Shown here piece by piece: positions 36,905 through 46,346 of a DNA stretch of 46,346 bases (position 1 is the stretch's first letter; every line of letters starts with the position of its first letter). The translations under genes were made by a program, and so were the position numbers. Origin of the DNA: Candidatus Kuenenia stuttgartensis (GTDB taxonomy: Bacteria; Planctomycetota; UBA11346); NCBI GenBank assembly GCA_945872305.1, contig CAMCAC010000003.1:1-46346 (forward strand), in the 5' to 3' direction. Under the pieces are notes generated by a model that saw only the letters and a list, made by a program, of their open reading frames with translations, did no database searches and was not told the DNA's origin.

Positions 36905-37435
36905 TCAGGGGACCATCGGCGCCTCGACCTCGGCCGGGGTCGGGGCCGGACGCGCCGATGCCATGCGCCGACGGACCTCGGCGACGAACGCCTTGTCACG
37001 GTTCTTTTCCGCCGACAGGACCAGGGTGATCACCGACTCAGTGGCGCTCACCGTGAGCACGCTGTCCTCCATCCAGCCGTCGACCCGTTCCAACGCCAGG
37101 TCCTCGATGTGCTCGAAGCGGGCGAAGCTCAGCCAACGCTCCTCGATGTCGACGCCCCAGGAGTAGACCCCGCGGTCGGTGAGGAGATTGCCGTCCTCGG
37201 ACGGATCGAAGACCCCGGTCGAGTAGAAATAGAGGATCTGCTCGTCGGGGGAGAGGTCAGCGATGGCCCGGACCACCCGCTCATGCCGTTCCGGGAGGTC
37301 GGCGCCCCGGCTCACCTTGGTGTCGAGCCCCCAGGCCGCCACGGCGACAGCGAACGCCATGAAGGCCAGAATGGGGAGGACGATGACCGCCGTCCCGGTG
37401 ACGATGAGGGCGATGTGCCAGCCGCGCAGGGCCAT
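36905..37435 (-). CDS. Hypothetical membrane-anchored protein (possible PH-like domain)
   Basis: AGGAG SD; N-terminal TM; EDGNLLTDRGVYSW...FEHIEDL pattern. Confidence 0.7.
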   Translation of the reverse strand: MALRGWHIALIVTGTAVIVLPILAFMAFAVAVAAWGLDTKVSRGADLPERHERVVRAIADLSPDEQILYFYSTGVFDPSEDGNLLTDRGVYSWGVDIEERWLSFARFEHIEDLALERVDGWMEDSVLTVSATESVITLVLSAEKNRDKAFVAEVRRRMASARPAPTPAEVEAPMVP

Positions 37436-37498
37436 GGGGTGCGCTCCTGGGCCGGAGCATGGGACCGCCCGCCAACGGTCGAGTGCCACCCCGGATGA

Positions 37499-37543
37499 CG
37501 GTGAGCCGGGGCGGACCGGCAAGCGGCCCGCCCCGGCTCACCG
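37499..37543 (-). terminator. Strong hairpin directly downstream of hppA
   Basis: Perfect 16-bp inverted repeat CGGTGAGCCGGGGCGG (37499-37514) / CCGCCCCGGCTCACCG (37528-37543), 3 nt past the hppA stop; no U-tract. Confidence 0.7.
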
Positions 37544-37546
37544 GGC

Positions 37547-40084
<2,538 letters not shown>

Positions 40085-40087
40085 GGG

Positions 40088-40127
40088 ACAGGCTCCTGAC
40101 ACCACTGTTTGGAGTTCTTGAGCCTGT
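40088..40127 (-). promoter_or_regulatory. hppA leader hairpin covering the SD
   Basis: ACAGGCTC (40088-40095) and GAGCCTGT (40120-40127) form a perfect inverted repeat overlapping the SD at 40093-40097. Confidence 0.55.
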
Positions 40128-40211
40128 TATCTGATTATTGCAGACATGCCCCTGATCAATGCAGCGCCGACATGGATGATACGCCTGCTCGGCGCATGGC
40201 CCGACCCAACA

Positions 40212-40721
40212 TCAGCCGGGCTGACCGACCCCAAGCCGGGCGATCCACGCCTCGAGAAGCGCGTCGTCCCAGTCGGAAATCGGATGGTGCCGACTGCCGC
40301 CTGGGTGCCTGGTCACCGCCATTCCACTGGCGCCATCGCCATCCACATCCGCTCGCAGACCAAGGACTTGAACCGGAAATGGACCGGCAGCCAACGGTTC
40401 CCAACGCCCCCGGTGCCGATCAAGTCGTTCACCGGGCATGGTGCCGAGAGGGCCGGGGCAGTCCGGTGGTGCGGCCAGCCGCACCAGTTCCAGGTCCCAG
40501 CTCCGGGCCAAACGCTCACGCCAGCCGGCGGTGGCGGCGGGGGCCGTGGGCTCGACCAGGACCGTGAACGGCCCCGGCCCCGCGAAGGCCGTCTGGACCA
40601 GTCCCGCCAGGGCGAGCCCCTCCCGGTCCCGGGTCCACAGGATCGCCGCCGGTCCCGGTTCCGCCGCGGCGGCGCGCAGGGCGACCAGCGCATCGGCGAC
40701 GAACCGGTCCACGGCGTCCAT
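40212..40721 (-). CDS. Hypothetical protein, weak resemblance to a PAPS-reductase-type N-terminus
   Basis: ATG overlaps the purK stop (TGATG); AAILWTRDREGLAL...WRERLARSWDLELV. Confidence 0.55.
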   Translation of the reverse strand: MDAVDRFVADALVALRAAAAEPGPAAILWTRDREGLALAGLVQTAFAGPGPFTVLVEPTAPAATAGWRERLARSWDLELVRLAAPPDCPGPLGTMPGERLDRHRGRWEPLAAGPFPVQVLGLRADVDGDGASGMAVTRHPGGSRHHPISDWDDALLEAWIARLGVGQPG

Positions 40722-41830
40722 CAGCCGTCCAGGCCGGGGAGTTCAAGCCCGGTCACCGCCGCGAGCCGGCGCAGCCGTCCGAGCAGCGCCGCGTGGTCAT
40801 CGGCGACCACGGTCAGGTGTCCGATCTTCCGCCCGGGCCGGGGCTCCTTGCCGTAGTGATGCAGGTGCACGCCGGGTTCTGCGAGCACCGCGCGCAGGTC
40901 GGGAAAGTCGCCGATCAGGTTGACCATCGCCGCGGCGCCGCGCACCCGGGTCGAGCCCAGGGGCAGGCCGGCGACGGCGCGGATGTGGTTCTCGAACTGG
41001 GAGCACTCGGCGCCCTCGATGGACCAGTGTCCGGAGTTGTGGACCCGGGGCGCCATCTCGTTGCCGAGGAGGCGGCCGCCGACCCGGAAGAACTCCACCG
41101 CCAGCACGCCGACGTAGTCGAGACGGGCGAGCAGCCGGCCCGCGGCGGCCTCGGCCTCGGCCTGGAGCCCGGCGGTGCCCCGGCCGGGACAGATCGACAG
41201 ACGCAGGATGCCGTCCCGGTGGTGGTTCTCGACCAGCGGGTAGAACGCGGTGGCGCCGTCGCCGCCGCGCACGGCGATCAGCGAGCATTCGCTGTCGAAG
41301 GGCACGAAGCCCTCGTAGATCAGCGGTGAGCGGCCCAGTTCGGCCCAGGCGGCATCGAGATCCTCGGACCGGCGCAGGACCTTCTGGCCCTTGCCGTCGT
41401 AACCGAAGCGGCGGGTCTTGAGGACGCCGGGCAGACCGATGGCCGCCACCGCGGCATCGAGATCGGCCCGGCTGTCCACCGCCCGGTACGGCGCCGTGGG
41501 CAGGCCGCAGGCGTTGAAGCAGTCCTTCTCCGGAATGCGGTCCTGGCTGATCGCCAGGGCCCCGGCGGCGGGCCGCACGGCGACGCCGAGCCCCGCCAGG
41601 CGCTCCACCGCGGCGGCGGGCACGTTCTCGAACTCGTAGGTCACCGCCGTGCAGCCGGCGGCCAGCCGGGCCAGGCCGGCGGGATCGTCGTAGGGCGCCA
41701 CCACCAGCTCGGCGCAATGGCCGGCGGGGCTGTCGGCATTCGGGTCCAGGGTCCGCACCCGCAGACCCAGGGGCACCGCCGCCAGGGCGAGCATGCGGGC
41801 GAGCTGGCCGCCGCCGAGGATGCCGATCAT
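40721..41830 (-). CDS. purK: N5-carboxyaminoimidazole ribonucleotide synthase
   Basis: Motifs [57 protein letters not shown]. Confidence 0.97.
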   Translation of the reverse strand: MIGILGGGQLARMLALAAVPLGLRVRTLDPNADSPAGHCAELVVAPYDDPAGLARLAAGCTAVTYEFENVPAAAVERLAGLGVAVRPAAGALAISQDRIPEKDCFNACGLPTAPYRAVDSRADLDAAVAAIGLPGVLKTRRFGYDGKGQKVLRRSEDLDAAWAELGRSPLIYEGFVPFDSECSLIAVRGGDGATAFYPLVENHHRDGILRLSICPGRGTAGLQAEAEAAAGRLLARLDYVGVLAVEFFRVGGRLLGNEMAPRVHNSGHWSIEGAECSQFENHIRAVAGLPLGSTRVRGAAAMVNLIGDFPDLRAVLAEPGVHLHHYGKEPRPGRKIGHLTVVADDHAALLGRLRRLAAVTGLELPGLDG

Positions 41831-42348
41831 GCGCCGGCTCCCGGCGCCGGCAGCCGTGGATCGGGATCCGCCAGGACCTTGCCGGTCTGTTCGGCGCGGA
41901 AGCGTTCCAGCCGGGCGCGGATCTCGGGCTGGTCATGGGCCAGGATCGCCGCCGCAAGCAGGGCGGCGTTGATCGCCCCGGCCCGGCCGATGGCGACGGT
42001 GCCGACCGGGATGCCGGCGGGCATCTGGACGATGGACAGCAGCGAGTCCTGTCCGCTCAGGGCCTTGGACTGGACCGGCACGCCAAGCACCGGCAGACGG
42101 GTGTGGGCGGCGGTCATGCCCGGCAGGTGGGCGGCGCCGCCGGCGCCGGCGATGATCACCCGCAGACCGCGCCCGACGGCGGCCTTGGCGTAGTCCGCCA
42201 TCAGGTCCGGGGTGCGGTGGGCGCTCACCACCCGCACCTCGTGCGGGACGGCGAGGTCGTCGAGGGTGCGGCTGGCGTGCTCCATGGTCTCCCAGTCGGA
42301 CCGGGAGCCCATGATCACGCCGACAAGGGGGGCGGCGGCATCGGGCAT
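41827..42348 (-). CDS. purE: N5-CAIR mutase
   Basis: Motifs [39 protein letters not shown]; ATGA overlap with purK. Confidence 0.97.
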   Translation of the reverse strand: MPDAAAPLVGVIMGSRSDWETMEHASRTLDDLAVPHEVRVVSAHRTPDLMADYAKAAVGRGLRVIIAGAGGAAHLPGMTAAHTRLPVLGVPVQSKALSGQDSLLSIVQMPAGIPVGTVAIGRAGAINAALLAAAILAHDQPEIRARLERFRAEQTGKVLADPDPRLPAPGAGA

Positions 42349-42377
42349 GGCCGCAGGGTGGCGCGGGCCGGCGCGGC

Positions 42378-42863
42378 TCAAGCCGGGGCGGTGCGCGGCC
42401 GGCGGGCCAGGGGATCCGCCCAGGGAGGCAGGGCGTCGAGCAGCCAGCCGATCAGAAGCGCCGCCGGCCCCGCCAGGACAACCGTCAGCAGCATCTCGGT
42501 GGCGGACGACCCGCCCCAGCCACCCAGGGCCAGATCCGCGCCGGCGATCAGCCCGGCCCCGGTCATGGCCACCACCGCGGTGGTCATCGGCCCCGGGAAC
42601 AGCCACGGACGGAGCAGCGGACCCAGGGCGCTCGCCGCCACGAAGGCCAGGCTGTGGAAGCCCGTGCTCGCCGGATCCACCGCATCGACCAGGAATCCCG
42701 TCGCCAGCGCGCGCCAGGGCACCGCAGCGCCCTCGCGTGCGGCCACCATCCACGCCACCACCGCCCAGGGCAGCAACGGACACCACGGCGCCACCTCGCG
42801 CAGGGGCGCCATCGCCACCGCCAGGGGCGTGACGAGCACCAGGGACCAGCCCAGCCAACGCAT
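42378..42863 (-). CDS. MreD-like membrane protein
   Basis: 161-aa hydrophobic protein; [19 protein letters not shown] resembles the MreD G-x-x-x-D...G-x-x-AL pattern. Confidence 0.55.
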   Translation of the reverse strand: MRWLGWSLVLVTPLAVAMAPLREVAPWCPLLPWAVVAWMVAAREGAAVPWRALATGFLVDAVDPASTGFHSLAFVAASALGPLLRPWLFPGPMTTAVVAMTGAGLIAGADLALGGWGGSSATEMLLTVVLAGPAALLIGWLLDALPPWADPLARRPRTAPA

Positions 42864-42939
42864 GGCCGGATGGTGGAGGGCGGCGCGCCGCCGCCAGATC
42901 GCGGTTGCCCGGGACCGGCGGAGCGGGCACCGTCCGGCC

Positions 42940-44940
42940 ATGCGCCGCATGCTCGTCCCCGCCCTCGTCCTGGCCCTGGCCGGCGCTGCTCCCGGCGCCG
43001 ACCTGACCGCCACCGCCAGCGGTGCCGACGCGATCAGCCCCGCCGAGGCCGCCCGGCTCCTCCAGGGCACTCCCCTGCGCTGGCCGGCGGGTCCCACGAC
43101 CCTGGCCGAGGCGGTGGCCCGCCTCGCGGTCGAGGGCAACCGGGTGCAGCTCGGCGACGGCCTGGATCCGATGGCGGTGCGCGAGCTCTCGGCCCTGGAC
43201 GGGCTCTGGTGGGACGGCGTGCTCCTGGTCGCCCGGACCTGGGGGGCGGACCTCCTGCCCGCGGAGGGGGTCGACGATGGCTCCGCGGATTGGGTGGAGG
43301 CAGCGGACGGATCCGGGACCCAGATGTGGCGGCTGGGCATGACCTCCCTGCCGCCGGTGCTCGCCCCCGGCAGCCGGTCGCTGCGCACCCTGGCGGGACC
43401 CTGTCTCATCGAGTGGCCGGCCCCGGAGATCACCAGCGGGGAGCGCATGACGACCCTGACCGGCCGGGTTCTCGCCCGGGTCGAGCCGCGGTTCGCCCGC
43501 TCGGGCCAGGGCAACGCCTATCTGCGCCGATCCCTGCCCGACGACCAGCTGCCCGGCCCCGAGGACGGGGTCCTGCTGCTGGGACCGGACGGCGGCATCC
43601 AGGCCCTGCTCGACCTGCAATTGATCAATCCGTGGACGGCGAGCGGGGCCCTCGCCCCGGGTGATCGCCTGACCATCAGCCTGCCCGAGGGCCCGGTGCT
43701 GATCGAACGCACCGGCGCGACGGTGACCCTCTCCTTCACCGCCGAGGGCCCGGCCCGTCTGTTCGACGGGGTGGAATTCGGCCCGGCCGAGGACCCCCTG
43801 CGCCCCATCGGGCAGCGCCGCGAGCGCAAGCGCCAGGGCATCACCATGGCCTTCACCTTTGCCGACCTGCCGGCGGAACCCCTGCCGGTCCGGGTGCAGG
43901 GAAACCGGCCGGCCGGGGGGCGCACCCTGGCGCCGGGGATCCTGGACCTCGCCCTGCTTCCCGACACCCCGGCACTCCCGTCCGCGACCCGGGCCCAGCA
44001 CGGCCCGACCCGGGTCGCCTGGACCGGCGGTCAGCGCTCGCTCACCGCTGCGGTTGCCGCCCTGCAGATCGGCGGCAACCGCCTGGTGCTGCCGTTCGGC
44101 GCCGATGGCGCGCGGGTCCACGACCTGCCGCCCTATGACGGACCATGGTGGGGTGGCGCGCTGCTGGTGGCCCGGACCTGGGGCTATGGCGTGCAACCGG
44201 CCAAGGATCCGGGCCAGGCGGTGCACCTGGTGGCCGGCACCACGGTCGGCGCCGCCGCGGGACCCTGGCTCATCCGGGTCGCCGAGGTCCACCGGCGCAG
44301 CGTGCGCACCGCCGCGGGACTGGACCGGCGGGCGGATGTGCGGCTCCGCATCGATCCCGAGCCGCGACTCGCCGCCCCGCCGGACGGGGTGGATGTCCTC
44401 TGGGCCACCTCCGCGCTGCTCGATGGCGGCCTGACCGCCACGGTGGACAAGGCCGATCCCGAGCCGGACGGTGAGGTCGGGGACGATGCCATCCTCACCG
44501 CCGCCTGCCTGCTCCGCCACCTGCCGGACGGACCGGGCGTCGCCACGCTGTCGGGCATGCTCCAGGCGGACATCAGCGATCCGATCGAGATCGGCACCGA
44601 CCTGTCCCTCGGCGGATCCCGCTGGCTCACCATCGGCGGCGTCCGCTGGCTCTTCACCCTCACGCCCGTGGAGGGCGAAGAACCGGCCAACACCGGCGAC
44701 AGGCCGCCGGCCGCCCGTCTGCGCATCACCGGCCCCCCGGGTCAGGCGCACGACCTCGACCCCAGCCTGAGCGATCCCGCCGGCACCGAGTTCGCCATCG
44801 CCGACCTGACGGTGGAGGGCGACACCCTGATCCTGGATCTCGCGACCCCGCCGCCGGATCCCCTGACCATCCGCCTCTCCACCGGCATCGCCCACGGCAC
44901 CATGGCGGTGCCGTTCACGATCAACGTCCCCCTGCCCTGA
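42940..44940 (+). CDS. Hypothetical secreted protein with a two-fold internal duplication
   Basis: Signal peptide [19 protein letters not shown]; two homologous halves; upstream TTGCCC-N17-CACCGT promoter-like site. Confidence 0.8.
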   Translation: MRRMLVPALVLALAGAAPGADLTATASGADAISPAEAARLLQGTPLRWPAGPTTLAEAVARLAVEGNRVQLGDGLDPMAVRELSALDGLWWDGVLLVARTWGADLLPAEGVDDGSADWVEAADGSGTQMWRLGMTSLPPVLAPGSRSLRTLAGPCLIEWPAPEITSGERMTTLTGRVLARVEPRFARSGQGNAYLRRSLPDDQLPGPEDGVLLLGPDGGIQALLDLQLINPWTASGALAPGDRLTISLPEGPVLIERTGATVTLSFTAEGPARLFDGVEFGPAEDPLRPIGQRRERKRQGITMAFTFADLPAEPLPVRVQGNRPAGGRTLAPGILDLALLPDTPALPSATRAQHGPTRVAWTGGQRSLTAAVAALQIGGNRLVLPFGADGARVHDLPPYDGPWWGGALLVARTWGYGVQPAKDPGQAVHLVAGTTVGAAAGPWLIRVAEVHRRSVRTAAGLDRRADVRLRIDPEPRLAAPPDGVDVLWATSALLDGGLTATVDKADPEPDGEVGDDAILTAACLLRHLPDGPGVATLSGMLQADISDPIEIGTDLSLGGSRWLTIGGVRWLFTLTPVEGEEPANTGDRPPAARLRITGPPGQAHDLDPSLSDPAGTEFAIADLTVEGDTLILDLATPPPDPLTIRLSTGIAHGTMAVPFTINVPLP

Positions 44941-44943
44941 CCC

Positions 44944-45801
44944 ATGGACACCATCGGCGCCGCCGCGTTGTGGACCTTCCTTGCCGAGCGACGGGACGCG
45001 GTGCGCACCACCAACGGCGAGGTGCGCTCCGATCCCGGCCACCCGGTCGCGGACTACCCGGAGCTCGCGGCGCGCATCGCCGAGCTCCAGTTCCGCAACC
45101 GGGACGCGGTGCTGCTGTTCCGCGGCCAGTCCCGGCTGCACCACAACCGCAGCGGCAACGCGACCCTGGCCCCCTCCATCTTCCGCTCCGGCCCCGCGCG
45201 GCGGGGCTGGCCGGCGACCCTGCGCCAGCGCTTCGCCACCCTGGCGACGGCGGACCGCGCCCTGGGGGAGCGCTGGCGGGATGACGGGCTGTTCGGACGC
45301 AGCCGGGTCCTCCGCCACCGCCTCGTCCGCTGGGCGATCCTCCAGCATTACGAAGTCTGCCCGACGCCGCTCCTCGATGTCACCGCCAACCTGCGCATCG
45401 CCGCCTCGTTCGCCGCCGACGGCGCCGGGGACGAGGCGTACCTCTGCGTCCTTGGCCTGCCGCAGCTGCACGGTGCGATCACCGCCAGCGCGGAAGCCGG
45501 CATCCAGGCCATCCGCCTGGCCAGCGCCTGCCCGCCCCGGGCGGTGCGCCCGCACATCCAGGAGGGGTACCTCCTCGGCGAATACCCGCACATCGACTCC
45601 CCGGAACAGGGCGCCCACTACGACGCCCACGAGGTGGATTTCGGGCGCCGGCTCATCGCCGTCTTCCGCTTCCGCCCCGCCACCTTCTGGACCCCCGCCT
45701 TCCCGATGATCCCCCGGGACGCCCGCTACCCGGGCCCGGAGCTGGATCCTCTGCAGGCGTTGACCGCGGAGCTCGCCGCCGGGCTGGCGGCTGCAGGCTA
45801 G
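44944..45801 (+). CDS. FRG-domain protein
   Basis: Motifs [47 protein letters not shown]. Confidence 0.88.
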   Translation: MDTIGAAALWTFLAERRDAVRTTNGEVRSDPGHPVADYPELAARIAELQFRNRDAVLLFRGQSRLHHNRSGNATLAPSIFRSGPARRGWPATLRQRFATLATADRALGERWRDDGLFGRSRVLRHRLVRWAILQHYEVCPTPLLDVTANLRIAASFAADGAGDEAYLCVLGLPQLHGAITASAEAGIQAIRLASACPPRAVRPHIQEGYLLGEYPHIDSPEQGAHYDAHEVDFGRRLIAVFRFRPATFWTPAFPMIPRDARYPGPELDPLQALTAELAAGLAAAG

Positions 45802-45808
45802 ACGTCGG

Positions 45809-46346
45809 TCACACCGCCGCGCGGACGCGCTTGGCGAGTTCCGCGGCGGCGAGGTGCTGGGTGGCGAGGTCGGCGCCAAGGGTGAGGTCCGGGAAGCTGC
45901 GCAGCTGTTCGTCGAGTTCCTGGCTGAGGCGTTCCCGCCTCGCCTTGTCGGCGATGCGGGCGAGGTACCCGCGGTGTTCCATGAGCACCGTGCGGGTGGC
46001 GGCGATGCGGTCGCGCTCGCGGCCGAGGGTATCGCCGATCTCCCGGGCGAGATGGAGCAGGCGGCCTTCCGCGGCGCCGGCGCCGCCCTGCATGGCGAGG
46101 GACAGGCAGTCCTCGGTCAGATGCCACAGCTCCCGCACCCGGGGCAGCAGGCCCAGGGCCACCGCGAGGCGGTTGGCATCCGCAACCGCGTCGGCGGCGA
46201 TGCCGAGCAGGTGGCGGCTGCGTTCGTGGGCCTTCTTGGCGGTGGCGTCGCCGCGCTGGGCGGCGGTGAGCCGGACCTGGGCCGCGTCGAGCCAGCGGTC
46301 CAGGCGTTCCAGGCCGGCGGCGGGCAACCGGGACCAGCCGGGGGCG
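45809..46346 (-). CDS. Hypothetical helical/coiled-coil protein, C-terminal part; 5' end lies beyond the window
   Basis: The frame of ORF 45809..46327 stays open to the right edge; Ala/Leu/Arg/Glu-rich. Confidence 0.6.
   Translation of the reverse strand, partial: APGWSRLPAAGLERLDRWLDAAQVRLTAAQRGDATAKKAHERSRHLLGIAADAVADANRLAVALGLLPRVRELWHLTEDCLSLAMQGGAGAAEGRLLHLAREIGDTLGRERDRIAATRTVLMEHRGYLARIADKARRERLSQELDEQLRSFPDLTLGADLATQHLAAAELAKRVRAAV

Overview
Very GC-rich, densely coded bacterial chromosomal window with about 40 CDSs and one tRNA. The host is most likely Planctomycetota/PVC; this is inferred from gene content (RNase Y, RpoN, Hanks kinase, FHA protein, TIGR03545/03546-like pair) and is not proven. 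Most of it is housekeeping (uvrD/pcrA, panC, ndk, tRNA-Ala(CGC), rny, rpoN, pyrBI, crcB, chdC/hemQ, topA, hppA, purEK, an isolated mreD-like gene). Carbohydrate genes are interleaved: two GH3 glycosidases, an AraC regulator, a CUT2 sugar ABC transporter, a secreted beta-helix enzyme and a divergent UxaE-like epimerase. I saw no integrase, transposase, prophage or CRISPR array. The most unusual signals are non-coding. (1) A family of intergenic elements has inverted arms of tandem CGGGTT(T/C/G) heptamers around unrelated cores; the best arms also match the G-quadruplex pattern, and one copy abuts the uvrD start codon. (2) A (C/T)AnnnT box lies 6-8 nt before about a dozen start codons that lack an SD, suggesting widespread leaderless expression. 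(3) A structured hppA leader sequesters its SD. All product calls come from motif recognition by eye; no searches were run.
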